Below are positions 17,906 to 28,962 of a stretch of 64,000 nucleotides of DNA, piece after piece; position 1 is the stretch's first letter, and every line of letters starts with the position of its first letter. The DNA lies in NCBI GenBank assembly GCA_014384675.1, contig JACNFK010000024.1, positions 17,018 through 81,017 on the forward strand, written 5' to 3'. Made by a program: the position numbers and the translations under genes. The notes beneath the pieces were generated by a model. The model was given only the letters and a program-made list of their open reading frames with translations, did no database searches and had not been told where the DNA came from. Source of the DNA: Candidatus Thiopontia autotrophica (GTDB lineage: Bacteria > Pseudomonadota > Gammaproteobacteria > GCF-002020875).

Positions 17906-18888
17906 GTGTTGATGAAGTAGATATCACCCTGGAGACCAGTGGCACCGAGGGTGTTGCAAAACAAGTCAGCTTCTCTGTAGAGAGATTGCGAGCCAGTGCC
18001 CGCATGGGGCGAGCGTTGGAGGATCTTCAGTCTGGTGACTGCTGGCTTAACTGTCTGCCACTGAACCATGTTGGTGGTCTCTCTATCAAGTATCGCTGTG
18101 AAGAGGCAGGAGCCGCCATGCTGCTTCATGAGGGCTTTGACCCGGAAAAAATTTATGGTGATCTAAAGCGGCACTTTGTTACTCATATTTCACTGGTTCC
18201 GGTAATGCTCTCGAAATTGCTGGACTATTTTGGAGATAAGCCCGCCCCTACATATCTAAAGACGGTACTGATCGGTGGAGACCATCTGCCAAAGTCACTG
18301 GCCCAGCGTGCTGTAGAGAGGGGGTGGCCCATTGTGGTCTCCTATGGGCTGACAGAGACTGCATCAAGGATCACCATGTTGCGACTCTCTGGTGAAAATA
18401 TTGCGGCATGGGATGATAGTGATGTAGGTCCTCCTCTGCCTGGAGTCTCTGTAACCATAGGGGGGCAGGGTGAGATCAGGATAAGGAGTGATCAGCTGCT
18501 GGGTGATCATGAGGTTGTAACCGCTGACCATGGGGCAGTTGATGACAGCGGTCACCTTCATGTTTATGGAAGGCTGGACTGTCGGATTATCTCGGGAGGC
18601 GTGACTATTGATCCTGTAACCATAGAGCAGCTGATGATCTCTGCACCAGGGGTAAAAGATGTGGGTGTAGGCTCTGTTCCTGACAAGGAGTGGGGTGAGC
18701 GTATTGTTGCAGTTATAGCTGGTGATATGAATCAGGACATTGTGGCTGGCTGGATGAGAGAGAATATTCCATCTGGTCTGCGCCCACGAGAACTGCTGTT
18801 GGTCTCCGAGTTAAGACGCAATCGTCTGGGCAAGCTGGATCGAGAGTGGTTAAAAAATCAGGCAGAGAGTGCGTTTAGCATACCCTGA
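17902..18888 (+). CDS. menE: O-succinylbenzoate-CoA ligase, short form
   Basis: TSGTEGVAK, LPLNHVGGL, SYGLTET and GRLD..IISGG; men context. Confidence 0.75.
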   Translation: MSVDEVDITLETSGTEGVAKQVSFSVERLRASARMGRALEDLQSGDCWLNCLPLNHVGGLSIKYRCEEAGAAMLLHEGFDPEKIYGDLKRHFVTHISLVPVMLSKLLDYFGDKPAPTYLKTVLIGGDHLPKSLAQRAVERGWPIVVSYGLTETASRITMLRLSGENIAAWDDSDVGPPLPGVSVTIGGQGEIRIRSDQLLGDHEVVTADHGAVDDSGHLHVYGRLDCRIISGGVTIDPVTIEQLMISAPGVKDVGVGSVPDKEWGERIVAVIAGDMNQDIVAGWMRENIPSGLRPRELLLVSELRRNRLGKLDREWLKNQAESAFSIP

Positions 18889-20228
18889 ATCTTTAGTCCG
18901 ATCTCTGCTATCTCGTCTTCAGCAACTGACCCCTTAACAATGCCGGCACCGGCGTAGAGAATAGCTTTTTCATCTTCAACCATTGCGCAGCGTAGTAGCA
19001 CATGGATCTCTCCATCTCCATCAGGATCAATCCAGCCGGCACCACCACAATACCCGCCACGGTAGCTGTTGTTGTGTTCAGTTAGCCACTGGAGAGCCGC
19101 TGTTCTTGGGGTTCCACAGATTGCAGGGCTCTGGTGAAGGGCCTCAATCAGCTCAAATATGGAGGTACTGTCTCTTCCGTCTTCTGTTTTCAGCCTCCCC
19201 TTGATCGCGGTCAGTAGATGTTGAATATTCTCAAGCTTGTGAATGGTTGGCGTGGCTGGTATATCTACGGTCTCACAGAGTGGTAGCAGTGCACTGCCGA
19301 CAGCATCAACCACCAGCTGGTGTTCATGACGTAGCTTGGGATTCTTGAGCAGGAGCTGTTCCTGCATACTCTCCTCTTCTTCACTGCTGCCCCGGGGAAG
19401 GGTGCCTGCCAGGGCGTCAGACTCCACGTCGGCTCCTCGCTTGGAGAAGAGGCGTTCAGGAGGTGCGGCAATAAAATGTCTCCCTTCTATGGAGAACGAG
19501 AACTGCGCGGTTGATGGGCTGCTCCGTTCCAGTTTTTTCAGGGTTCGCTCTGTGCCTATCGGATTGGAGAAGTGAAACCGTTGCTGCTCTCCTATTACCA
19601 GCTTCTCGATTGTGTTGGAGTAAATGGTCTCAATAGCATCCCTGAAAATCTGATCTGCCGAATCAAGGCTGTTGTCCGGAGTAATGGTTGATGGGGCGCC
19701 TGGAGGAGGGTGGTTATCTAGAATTTCTCTCAGCTGGTTGATATCCTCCTGCCAGTTTTCCAGGATCTCTTCCTCTGCTATCCCCTCTCTCTGGTGTGAA
19801 AAAATGACACTCTGTCTCCCGCTCTGGTTGATGAGCTGAACGCGTGGCAGCATAAGTAGGGTGTTGGGGAACCCGTGCCACTCATTCTGCATTGGATCAT
19901 CCTCATGGAATGCGTAATGAAACAGAGTTCTTGGTGAGGCTCCGGTCTCTTCCGGGTCAAAAACAGCCCATGAGTTTGTGAGTTGCAGAAACTGTTCCCT
20001 GGCCTCGGTAAAGCGTTCTCTCCCTCTCAGCTCTCTCTGCCATCCGCTCTGCAGTGCGAGCAGCCTTACCCCTTCACGTGGGCTCCTCCAGTAGATACCA
20101 TTTTTTAGGGGTGGTGGGGCAGTGAATGGGCGCTCATTGAATGGCAGAATGATGCTGATAACCTGATCAATTTGGCTGTCACTGTTATTATAAACTAGAT
20201 TAAGTTCATGTTTTAACTTATTGATCAT
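18858..20228 (-). CDS. menF: Isochorismate synthase
   Basis: PPERL, ALAGT.PRG, K.RHEH, IQHL and YAGAGIV chorismate-binding motifs. Confidence 0.88.
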   Translation of the reverse strand: MINKLKHELNLVYNNSDSQIDQVISIILPFNERPFTAPPPLKNGIYWRSPREGVRLLALQSGWQRELRGRERFTEAREQFLQLTNSWAVFDPEETGASPRTLFHYAFHEDDPMQNEWHGFPNTLLMLPRVQLINQSGRQSVIFSHQREGIAEEEILENWQEDINQLREILDNHPPPGAPSTITPDNSLDSADQIFRDAIETIYSNTIEKLVIGEQQRFHFSNPIGTERTLKKLERSSPSTAQFSFSIEGRHFIAAPPERLFSKRGADVESDALAGTLPRGSSEEEESMQEQLLLKNPKLRHEHQLVVDAVGSALLPLCETVDIPATPTIHKLENIQHLLTAIKGRLKTEDGRDSTSIFELIEALHQSPAICGTPRTAALQWLTEHNNSYRGGYCGGAGWIDPDGDGEIHVLLRCAMVEDEKAILYAGAGIVKGSVAEDEIAEIGLKIQGMLNALSA

Positions 20229-20255
20229 TGGGTGTTGTCTAAGTAAAAACCTGGA

Positions 20256-21077
20256 CTAGGTTCTTCGCTTGTGCTTTGTGAAGTCTGGCGGACGTTTTTC
20301 ATTAAAGGCATTACGGCCTTCCTGTCCTTCGTCTGACATGTAAAAGAGGGCAGTGGCGTTACCTGCCAGCTCCTGAATTCCGGCAAGCCCATCGGTATCT
20401 GCATTAAATCCAGCCTTGAGAAGACGTAGTGCTGTTGGACTGTGCTGCAACATCTCCTGGCACCAACGGATGCTCTCCTCCTCCAGCTTGTCAGCGGGGA
20501 CAACACGGTTGACTAGCCCCATATCCAGTGCCTCCCCGGCACTGTATTGACGACAGAGAAACCAGATCTCTTTTGCCTTTTTCATCCCTACGGTGCGTGC
20601 CAACAGACCCGCTCCAAGACCTGCATCAAAACTTCCGACCTTGGGGCCGGTCTGTCCAAAGATGGCACTGTCGGATGCGATGGAGAGATCACAGATCAGA
20701 TGGAGGACATGGCCACCACCTATGGCGTATCCATTTACCATCGCCACTACCGGCTTTGGCAAGGTACGTATCTGACGCTGCAGGTCGAGTACATTGAGAT
20801 GCTCTCCACCACTCTCATCCTTGTAGCCGCTAGCGCCACGAATCTTCTGGTCACCACCTGAGCAGAATGCCTTCTCTCCTGCACCGGTCAGGATAATGGC
20901 TCCTATCTCACTGTCCATATGTGCGCGGTGAAATGCATCTATCATCTCCTCTACAGTCTCCGGGCGGAAGGCGTTATGTACCTGGGGACGGTTGATGGTG
21001 ATTTTGGCAATCCCCTCTGCACTATCGTAGAGGATATCCCGGTAGTTGGAATCGATATCTCTTATCCACTCAATCAA
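20256..21077 (-). CDS. menB: 1,4-dihydroxy-2-naphthoyl-CoA synthase
   Basis: [20 protein letters not shown] and EGQEGRNAF. Confidence 0.97.
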   Translation of the reverse strand: MIEWIRDIDSNYRDILYDSAEGIAKITINRPQVHNAFRPETVEEMIDAFHRAHMDSEIGAIILTGAGEKAFCSGGDQKIRGASGYKDESGGEHLNVLDLQRQIRTLPKPVVAMVNGYAIGGGHVLHLICDLSIASDSAIFGQTGPKVGSFDAGLGAGLLARTVGMKKAKEIWFLCRQYSAGEALDMGLVNRVVPADKLEEESIRWCQEMLQHSPTALRLLKAGFNADTDGLAGIQELAGNATALFYMSDEGQEGRNAFNEKRPPDFTKHKRRT

Positions 21078-22846
21078 TGTAGTGACTCCCAGTATTGGTG
21101 ATGGTTACGGTTGCTGATATTGCGATCAATGGTCAATTCTATCAGTTTGGGATGGGGCTGTTGGAGCACCTCATCCAGGTATAGTGCCAGGCCATCTCTA
21201 TCTGTTACCTCTCTGTAGGGGATATCATAGAGGGCGGCAACTCTCTTGAACTCTACCGTAGTTGGGGTTAGCCAAAGTGACTCAAATTCAGGTAGCTGGG
21301 CTGGGGGAAGATGGCTGAAGATGTTGCCGCCACCATTATTGATCACAATAATTGTCAGATCCATCTCCAGCTCTTTTGCCAGATAGAGGGCGTTCAGATT
21401 GTGAAAGAGGGTAAGGTCACCTAGTAGTGCAACAACAGGGGTGTCGGGGTCTGTAACTGCACGAATGCCACAGACGGTGGCAAGGTTGCCATCAATCCCG
21501 CTGGCCCCGCGATTTGCAAACAGTTTTAGAGGCTCCTCTCTTTGAGTCATCCAACCATCGATATCTCTGATCACCATGGAGTTTCCACTAAACAGAATGG
21601 TGCCGCCAGGCAGTTGTCGGTTTAGCGTCCTGATTACCTGATCTTCACTCAGGTCGTCAGGGTTGCTTCTCCATTCTGCCGCTAACCGCTCCTTCTCTTT
21701 TAGTGTATGAAGATGGCTATTACCAGCCTGTGGCTGTGGGCGTCCAGAGGGACACCCGCAAGGCGAAGCGGGGAGATTGTCTGTAGGGTTGGGGTCTGCA
21801 TACTGTAGTAACTGTTGGCAGAAGGTTGCAGGGGAGGTAGAGATTTTTGTATTGGATAGTGATAGTGGATCGCTCCAGACAGTTTTGTGGTGCACGGTGA
21901 TGTAGCGTTTTGGCAGGCTCTCTTGTAGCAGAGTAGCTACCGCTTTCGATAGCGGAAAACGACCAAACTGGATAACCCACTCTGGACGACATAACCTGCG
22001 GTTCTTCTCATTACGGAGGATTCCGTCGTAGTGGGTAAAGAACAGTTGATTGTCGTCATCTCCCCAGCGCAGGTTGGAGAGTGGGTCTGCAAAAACTGGA
22101 GCCCCAAGACTCTCGGCAAGCTGGTTCAGTACTGTATTGAAGCCCTTGGGATAATGTGACTCTCCACACAAGATAACCCCTGGTTTGCCACTGACCTCCT
22201 GGCATATCTCCTGGTAGTCAATAACAGGGATGGTGTTATCAGCATGGTCCCTGGCGGCATATTGCAGGCCACTATTGTGCCACTTGATCTGCTTGCTGTT
22301 GCGGGCAAGAAGTGGTTCTCTAAACGGGATATTCAGGTGGACGGGCCCCGGTGCCGGATTCTCCATTGACTCAATCATCTGTGGAACCAGCTCTGTCAGC
22401 TGAGTAACTGGATCATCTATCTCATCCGGGGGAGGGGTGGTGTATCTGGCACTAACCTGTTCCCCAAAGATATTGTTCTGGGCAATGGTCTGGTTGGCCC
22501 CACAGTTGTGAAGTTCTGGTGGGCGATCTGCAGAGAGTAGCAGAAGAGGGGTGGATGAGTGGTATGCCTCAATAACGGCAGGGAGCCAGTTTGCAACCGC
22601 AGTTCCAGAGGTGCAGATCAGAGCTGTTGGGACTTCTCTCTTTTTGCTCTGTCCAAGTGCCATGAAGGCTGCATCACGTTCATCTACGATGACCCAATAT
22701 TTTGTATCGGGGTGACGAGCTACAGCAAGAGCCAGAGGAGTTGATCTGGAACCGGGTGAGATAACAAAGTGGGTTATGCCGCCATCCACCAGAGCCTGTA
22801 TCAGGGTGGCAGACCACTGCAGGTTTATAGCACCTATATCACTCAT
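21074..22846 (-). CDS. menD: SEPHCHC synthase
   Basis: [38 protein letters not shown] and NNGGGNIF. Confidence 0.95.
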   Translation of the reverse strand: MSDIGAINLQWSATLIQALVDGGITHFVISPGSRSTPLALAVARHPDTKYWVIVDERDAAFMALGQSKKREVPTALICTSGTAVANWLPAVIEAYHSSTPLLLLSADRPPELHNCGANQTIAQNNIFGEQVSARYTTPPPDEIDDPVTQLTELVPQMIESMENPAPGPVHLNIPFREPLLARNSKQIKWHNSGLQYAARDHADNTIPVIDYQEICQEVSGKPGVILCGESHYPKGFNTVLNQLAESLGAPVFADPLSNLRWGDDDNQLFFTHYDGILRNEKNRRLCRPEWVIQFGRFPLSKAVATLLQESLPKRYITVHHKTVWSDPLSLSNTKISTSPATFCQQLLQYADPNPTDNLPASPCGCPSGRPQPQAGNSHLHTLKEKERLAAEWRSNPDDLSEDQVIRTLNRQLPGGTILFSGNSMVIRDIDGWMTQREEPLKLFANRGASGIDGNLATVCGIRAVTDPDTPVVALLGDLTLFHNLNALYLAKELEMDLTIIVINNGGGNIFSHLPPAQLPEFESLWLTPTTVEFKRVAALYDIPYREVTDRDGLALYLDEVLQQPHPKLIELTIDRNISNRNHHQYWESLH

Positions 22847-23261
22847 ATCTCTGCAAAATATCTCTGAGAGCATCAGGGAGGGGTATCTTCTCTCCACTAT
22901 CAATAGAGGTGGTTACATGGGTAGTTGTAACTGTGGCCTTGAGTTGTGGCTTGCCGCCATCATCAAAACCATGCGTCAGGGTTTTCAGGGTAAATGAGTG
23001 GTTGCCAATGGCTGTCACCTGAATAGTAAGGGTAAGGGTTTCACCAAGTTTTATCGGTTGGTGATAATCCGCATCGGCATGGACCAGAGGGATGGCCTCT
23101 CCTCTCTGTTGAATAATGTTGTGAAGAGGCAGGTTGTTGCTGAATAGCATCTCCTCATAGGCATTGTGGGTCAGCCTGAAGAGCTCTCCATAGAAGAGCA
23201 GGCCGGCGCCATCAATCTCGTGAAGTTGAACTCTATGGGGGTAGGAGAAAAAATTATTCAT
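22839..23261 (-). CDS. Hotdog-fold thioesterase, probable DHNA-CoA hydrolase
   Basis: V.LHEIDGAG.LFY..AYE and PLVHADADYHQP; lies between menC and menD. Confidence 0.8.
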   Translation of the reverse strand: MNNFFSYPHRVQLHEIDGAGLLFYGELFRLTHNAYEEMLFSNNLPLHNIIQQRGEAIPLVHADADYHQPIKLGETLTLTIQVTAIGNHSFTLKTLTHGFDDGGKPQLKATVTTTHVTTSIDSGEKIPLPDALRDILQRYE

Positions 23262-24277
23262 GGCAGGGTCAGTATCCCGTTTTTTATCGGTAGAGCCAAC
23301 ATAAGATCTTCTGCTAGCAGTGATGAGGTTGCAAGCCCGTGAGCATGTCTCTGTTCCGGGTCAACAGCTCCAGCACAGTATGCTGCCGAGATTATGCCCA
23401 CGCTACTCTCCAGTGCTGAGGTGATGATGACATCAACCCCTCTCTCTTTAAACTGAGTGGCAATCTTGAAAGTTGTATATGGTCCTCCCATCAGAGCAGG
23501 CTTAAGGACAACACGCTGGAGCTGTTCATTTTTTAGTAATGTCTCAACCCCAAAGTCAGACACTGATTCATCCAGTGCCAGCGGGAAGGGTGTCTCTCTC
23601 TGTAGTTTATTAATAGTCTCAAGGGTGGGGTTTTTAAGTGGCTCTTCCAGAGACTCTATATTTATGGGCATGGGTAGCGCTTGAATGGCAGAGATAAATT
23701 GAGATGCTTCCGTTATGCTCCATGCCTGGTTTGCATCAAGCCTTATTTCAGTGTGCTGTGGCAGTGTTGCAGCTAAGCTGTACAGTTGTGCAACCTCTTC
23801 ATCAATAGATGACAGGCCAACCTTTACCTTTATAACTGATTCACCATCAACTGGTTCTGTTGCTTTGGCAAGAGTACCGGCAGGGTGGTTGACCCTGATT
23901 TTATTGGTGGCATTGGGGGATATCCAGCTGCCTGGGGTCAGGCCGCATCTTTTCGCCAGTATTGTAATCAGGGCAGACTCTACCCCACAACAGGCTGCAG
24001 GAGAGGTGTTGCGTAGATCTGGAAGTCTGGCCAGCAGGTCATCGACAGAGATGTTGTCTGCCTCTTCCTTTAATAGCTCCAGAGTTTTGCGGCACTGTTC
24101 CAGTGATTCGCTACCCATCTCTGGTAGAGGTGCCGCATCTCCCAGCCCTGCTACGCTATCCTGCTCACTTATCTCTACAAGAAAACCTGCACGATTGTTG
24201 ATGGTTCCATGGCTAGTTACCCATGGATGCCTGAGTGGCAAGTGATAGGGGAGGATGAAGAGTGAATTAATCATCAT
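23258..24277 (-). CDS. menC: o-succinylbenzoate synthase
   Basis: KVKVG, RLDANQAW, EEP, ALDES, VLKP and HGLAT enolase-superfamily motifs; start overlaps the upstream cytochrome stop. Confidence 0.9.
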   Translation of the reverse strand: MMINSLFILPYHLPLRHPWVTSHGTINNRAGFLVEISEQDSVAGLGDAAPLPEMGSESLEQCRKTLELLKEEADNISVDDLLARLPDLRNTSPAACCGVESALITILAKRCGLTPGSWISPNATNKIRVNHPAGTLAKATEPVDGESVIKVKVGLSSIDEEVAQLYSLAATLPQHTEIRLDANQAWSITEASQFISAIQALPMPINIESLEEPLKNPTLETINKLQRETPFPLALDESVSDFGVETLLKNEQLQRVVLKPALMGGPYTTFKIATQFKERGVDVIITSALESSVGIISAAYCAGAVDPEQRHAHGLATSSLLAEDLMLALPIKNGILTLP

Positions 24278-24935
24278 CCAGGATGGATAGATAGGCCAGC
24301 AGGTTGTGAATATCTTCCTCGCTATACTCGTTGAAGAGGGATTCATTTGTCTCCTCATTGTCATGAACCCTGTTGCCATCCCTGTAGGCGAAGATCTGTT
24401 TCAATAGATATGCACTATATTGTCCAGTTAGTAGAGGAATACTCTTTTTAGGTTTCCCCTCCCCATGACGGCCATGACAGCTTGCACACTCTTGGTTGTA
24501 GAGCTTTTCTCCTGCATTCACATCACCTTCGAGCCTGGGTATGGTGAGTAGCTTCTTACTTAGTAGCAGACGTTCATAGGCATCAAAGTTCTCTTCATCT
24601 ATTGGCGGAAGTTTTGAATAGAGTTGTATGGTCGGGAGGTATGCAGATACATCCAGCAGATCCTCCTCCGGCAGCTCTCGCTCCTTGGTGTATGGAATCA
24701 TGGGGTGGTTGAGACGTTCACGACTTTTGAAACGACGTAGCTCCTCTGCAATGTATTTTTCCGGCAGTCCTGCTAGACGGGGATACTCTCCCTCCTTGCC
24801 CCCTTCGGCATATTCACCATGACAGCCTGCACATACCTCGTTGATCTCCTCACCAATCTCAAGATTTGCAGCAGATGAGATACCTGATACAACCACAATG
24901 GCCATTGCTCTGAATGTCTGTTTGATTCCTTCCAT
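24267..24935 (-). CDS. Diheme cytochrome c4/c553
   Basis: CAGCH and CASCH; YPRLAG and PLLTGQ. Confidence 0.85.
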   Translation of the reverse strand: MEGIKQTFRAMAIVVVSGISSAANLEIGEEINEVCAGCHGEYAEGGKEGEYPRLAGLPEKYIAEELRRFKSRERLNHPMIPYTKERELPEEDLLDVSAYLPTIQLYSKLPPIDEENFDAYERLLLSKKLLTIPRLEGDVNAGEKLYNQECASCHGRHGEGKPKKSIPLLTGQYSAYLLKQIFAYRDGNRVHDNEETNESLFNEYSEEDIHNLLAYLSILDDD

Positions 24936-24961
24936 GGCAGGTATTCAGGATGGTAGAGTTG

Positions 24962-25789
24962 CTAAAGTTGATCACCACGGCGGAACAGCATATATCCGAC
25001 AGAGGCAGCGACTGTACCTAGTACAAGAGGGTATGCCATAGCCCATACCAGATACCAGAACTCGCCAAAATGGTCGAGAATGAGATAGGCTGAGGGGCCG
25101 AGCAGAACAAGCTGAGGATCAAACAGCAGCATCGATGCGGTACGAAAAACCTGTAGTGGGTTGCTCAGTGCGATGGCAACAATAGTATCCGAGGGGATCT
25201 GTTGCTGAATCATTATGCCAAGCAGAATAAGATCCAGAAACAGTAGCAGGAAGAGCCAGATCATGAAGGCGCTACCCTGAGCCACATCTGGTGACCTGGC
25301 AATGGTGGAGATTAGCATCCCAATACCAAGGAAGCACCACGATAGAGAGAAGAGCATGGCTGTGTAGAAGAGGAAGATGGACCATGGAATCTCCATATCC
25401 TGAATAACTCCCCATGCAATTGCCCCTGCCATGGCAAGGAAAACAGGAAGGAAGACTACGGTAAAGCGACCAAACATCTTTCCCCAGAACCATGAGGAGA
25501 GAGATATGGGTAGTGAGAGCAGGTACTCAAAGATTCCTGCATCACGATCACCGGCGACAGAGCGTACTGTGGTTATCAGAATAAATATCGGGAGAATAGC
25601 CATTGATAGCTGAATGTATGTAATCAGGAGGCGGGAGAGTCCGACAAACCCCATTATTCTGGATTCAGTCAATCCAAAGGCAAATAGCAGGGCAATAATT
25701 CCCCCAAAGACAATTGAATATATAAGGAACCACTTGCTACGCAGTGACTCGGAGATATCTGCCTTTGCTGTCATCAAGGTGTGCTTCAT
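24962..25789 (-). CDS. nosY: ABC transporter permease NosY
   Basis: Multi-TM, EYLLSLP, NPLQVFR; nos context. Confidence 0.88.
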   Translation of the reverse strand: MKHTLMTAKADISESLRSKWFLIYSIVFGGIIALLFAFGLTESRIMGFVGLSRLLITYIQLSMAILPIFILITTVRSVAGDRDAGIFEYLLSLPISLSSWFWGKMFGRFTVVFLPVFLAMAGAIAWGVIQDMEIPWSIFLFYTAMLFSLSWCFLGIGMLISTIARSPDVAQGSAFMIWLFLLLFLDLILLGIMIQQQIPSDTIVAIALSNPLQVFRTASMLLFDPQLVLLGPSAYLILDHFGEFWYLVWAMAYPLVLGTVAASVGYMLFRRGDQL

Positions 25790-26313
25790 GGTTTGCTACC
25801 ATCCTGTGGCTGTTTGGGGCGATTGGCCTCTTCGGCACGGTGGGCAAGACGAGCCTTTAGTGAGGCATAGTAGCTCTCCTCCTGACTGAAGACAGAACTT
25901 CTCATCTCCAGGAAGCCGACTGAATCCTGAGTGGCTTTGGGTTGCGCACTAAAGCCATAATTCATCGGGGTATGGGTAACTTTTACATATTGTGCCTCTC
26001 TGGCGTTTAGCCACCCTCCATCTTGATAGTTGTTTACCCATATCTCGGTTTTTGGGTCATCTCTCCATGGCTGCTCTTCGAGCCAGAGTAGAGCACAGCC
26101 TATATCATCAAAAGTATATGGCTTATGGTGTTTGCCACCACGAATCTGGGCAGAGTGGTTGCGATCACTAAGTGCCATCATGCAACGATCACAATTGTCG
26201 CGATCCCAGGTGACATCAACCGGGCCTGTTGCGGGATCACCGCTACAACCAGCAAGAGAGAGCAATAGGGCCAGAGATGCCATCTTCAGTGAGTTTATGG
26301 TTGCCCATCTCAC
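25786..26313 (-). CDS. nosL: Copper chaperone lipoprotein NosL
   Basis: LAGC lipobox, CDRCMM, FDDIGC and TPMNYG; GTG start overlaps the nosF stop. Confidence 0.88.
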   Translation of the reverse strand: MRWATINSLKMASLALLLSLAGCSGDPATGPVDVTWDRDNCDRCMMALSDRNHSAQIRGGKHHKPYTFDDIGCALLWLEEQPWRDDPKTEIWVNNYQDGGWLNAREAQYVKVTHTPMNYGFSAQPKATQDSVGFLEMRSSVFSQEESYYASLKARLAHRAEEANRPKQPQDGSKP

Positions 26314-27167
26314 TGTCTGCTCTCCTCGATATTGACTGTTGCCAGCAAGGCGGCATAGCGTGAAAGTACTCCCAGAAAACGGAGGCGATCTGGTCCTGGA
26401 ATAGTTCCAGTCCACTCTGTTTCAGAGTCCTGGTTGCTGAATCCCCATGAGCTGATGGCGGCAGAAAATGCTGGTTCGATACGAGTGGTCTTGATGGTGC
26501 AGTTGAGCAGGCTGGATAGCTCAACACTATCATCAACTCGATCATCCAGAATTACCTTGCCTCGATCCAGCTCAATCACCCGGTTTACCAGTGATGCAAC
26601 CTCATCAAGTCGATGGCTGGAGATCAGCATTGCGGTCTCTTTTCTCTTCTTCTCAAGCATGGAGAAGAGGATATGTCTGGCCTCAGGATCAAGGTTGGCA
26701 GCCGGCTCATCCATTATGAGTAGATTGGTAGGGCGCCCAAGCGCTATGGCAATCAGCAGTTTCTGTTTCTGCCCGCCAGAGAGTTTTACAAATGGCCTTT
26801 TTTTGATGGTATCCAGTCCGAGCCCCAACTGTTCAGCTACTGATGCCATCTCTTCTGTGGAGCACCCACAGACACTGGCAGAGAAATCGAGAAGTTGTTG
26901 AACCGGCATCTTTAGTGGTGGAGGGAGTTGGGGTACAAATCCTATCCGTGAGAGAACCTCTTTTCTCTCCTTGCGAGGGCTCTTGCCATCAAGGGTGATC
27001 TCTCCATCGCAGCTGTATTCACCGAGCAGACAGCGGATCAGAGTTGTCTTGCCGGCACCATTGGAGCCGATAAGGGCAACCCTGTCACCAGTCTTGATCT
27101 CCAGATCAAGCTCCTGCAGAACTGTGGTGCGTCTGAAGCTCTTTGATACCCCCTGCAAGATGATCAT
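26310..27167 (-). CDS. nosF: ABC transporter ATPase NosF
   Basis: GSNGAGKTT, LSGGQ and MDEP; ATGA overlap with nosH. Confidence 0.9.
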   Translation of the reverse strand: MIILQGVSKSFRRTTVLQELDLEIKTGDRVALIGSNGAGKTTLIRCLLGEYSCDGEITLDGKSPRKERKEVLSRIGFVPQLPPPLKMPVQQLLDFSASVCGCSTEEMASVAEQLGLGLDTIKKRPFVKLSGGQKQKLLIAIALGRPTNLLIMDEPAANLDPEARHILFSMLEKKRKETAMLISSHRLDEVASLVNRVIELDRGKVILDDRVDDSVELSSLLNCTIKTTRIEPAFSAAISSWGFSNQDSETEWTGTIPGPDRLRFLGVLSRYAALLATVNIEESRQ

Positions 27168-28141
27168 TTTTTCTTGCTCAGCCCTTTGAAGTGGTAGCTT
27201 AGAGAGTCTGTTGGACAGACATCTACACACATGCCGCACCTGGTGCAGTCGGGACCTATGCCCACATTCACATCTGGTGCACGTCCCTTGATTGTCCACT
27301 CCAGCACATGTGGAACCAGACAGACCTTGCGGCAGTCTCCTTCATGGTGGCAGGCGTCAACATTGTAGTTGATCTTCAATGGGGAGAAGATACCAACAAA
27401 GCCATAGGTAAGGCCGATAGGGCAGGCATAGCGACACCAGGCTCTGCGCGAGTAGAGGATCTCTACAGTAAGCAGAAACAGTACCCAGAGCAGCGCAACT
27501 GTAGGGCCATAAATCAGTGCTCGACTCAGAATTCCCGTGGGGGAGATCGCCTCAAAAATCGTGTAACCGGTACCAAGTGCCAGGGCAATAAAGATGATAT
27601 ATAGGTAGAGGCGTGCCTTACGGTTAAAGAGATGGTTTTTGATTATCTTCTTTTCAACCAGTTTAATATGGATCATCTCGGCAAATTCCGAGAGCAGATG
27701 GTATGGGCAGACCCAGGAGCAGAAGGTGCGTCCGCCCAATAATAGCCAGAGGATAAGGATAGTGACAGTTCCAATAAGCAGGTTGATTACAACTGTCTTG
27801 AAGGCGAGCATCACCTGCAGAGCTGAGTTTAGGTCAGCCATATGGAATCCAAGAAAACGGGATGCAGTTAGTGCGCCCTCCAATACCTGGATATCCAGCG
27901 TATAGGAGACGACAAAAAGGAGGTTAATCAGGATTAGAGTGGTCCAGCGTCTTTTGCGCCACTTTTTGTTGTGAGTTTCACGATATATCTGGTGCTCTTC
28001 ACGTGCCTTTACCTTATCTATATCGCCATTTTTTCTCTTGCGCTCATGGAGCTCTTGCGCCGCGGCAGAAATTTTTTCAGGAGGAGTTTTGGCGGGGCTT
28101 TTCCCCATCATTATGTTGACGCAATACTTGCCGATCTTCAT
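27164..28141 (-). CDS. nosH: NapH-like quinol dehydrogenase membrane subunit NosH
   Basis: GGRTFCSWVCP, WCRYACP and CTRCGMCVDVCP. Confidence 0.85.
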   Translation of the reverse strand: MKIGKYCVNIMMGKSPAKTPPEKISAAAQELHERKRKNGDIDKVKAREEHQIYRETHNKKWRKRRWTTLILINLLFVVSYTLDIQVLEGALTASRFLGFHMADLNSALQVMLAFKTVVINLLIGTVTILILWLLLGGRTFCSWVCPYHLLSEFAEMIHIKLVEKKIIKNHLFNRKARLYLYIIFIALALGTGYTIFEAISPTGILSRALIYGPTVALLWVLFLLTVEILYSRRAWCRYACPIGLTYGFVGIFSPLKINYNVDACHHEGDCRKVCLVPHVLEWTIKGRAPDVNVGIGPDCTRCGMCVDVCPTDSLSYHFKGLSKKK

Positions 28142-28962
28142 GCGACATCCTCCCACACTTTTCTCTCATCTATGACAATTGATGGAGCAGCAGTTGGGCA
28201 GACCATCTCGCAGACTCCGCATCCTACACATCCCTCCAGCACGGTAGGGCGGTAACGCAGGCCACCATCTGGCTTCTTCTCTACGGAAAGCATGATTGCC
28301 CGGTGTGGAGGACACTGATTCTTGTCTCCGGACGGTGGTTTACCTGCATCACACTGGTTGGCCCGTATCTCTATTGGACAGAGGCGAACGCAAAGATCAC
28401 AGAGTGGCAGATCAAAATGTTGTTCATTAAGTTGTTGTGGCTCCCAGCGGTCAATCTCGTCAAAGCGAAGCTTGCCGTTGTACTCGGGCCCACGGGTAAT
28501 CCCCCTGAACCCCTCTTTTTTCATCGCAAGACATTCATCTGGCAGTTCAAGGCGCGCGATCCCCATCCTGGTTTCATGGGAGTAGTTGATCTCATGGGTC
28601 AGTGCACCGGTTGGGCATGCCAGAACACACTGCAAGCCATCACAGGAGAAGTCACAAGCCTGGTCACGGGCATCAATATAGGCTGCCCCCTGACCCTGGC
28701 CATCAAAAATATCTGCCAACTCAATGGCCTCTACCGGACATACCTGAACACACTGCCCGCACTTGATGCAGGAGGCCAGGTACTCCTTCTCATCGAGGGC
28801 GCCGGGGGGGCGTAATCTAGGGGCAGTATTGCTTACTGTGGGTAGCAGGGTAAGTAATGAGAATCCTGTAACCCCAACAACCATGGCTGAGGTTCTCATG
28901 AACTCTCGACGCTCCCTCTCTTTTCTTGATAGACGCTTAGGTCTCTTCTCTGATTCGCTCAT
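28138..28962 (-). CDS. nosG: NapG-like Fe-S protein NosG
   Basis: RREF Tat motif, LRPPGA and multiple 4Fe-4S Cys clusters. Confidence 0.85.
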   Translation of the reverse strand: MSESEKRPKRLSRKERERREFMRTSAMVVGVTGFSLLTLLPTVSNTAPRLRPPGALDEKEYLASCIKCGQCVQVCPVEAIELADIFDGQGQGAAYIDARDQACDFSCDGLQCVLACPTGALTHEINYSHETRMGIARLELPDECLAMKKEGFRGITRGPEYNGKLRFDEIDRWEPQQLNEQHFDLPLCDLCVRLCPIEIRANQCDAGKPPSGDKNQCPPHRAIMLSVEKKPDGGLRYRPTVLEGCVGCGVCEMVCPTAAPSIVIDERKVWEDVA

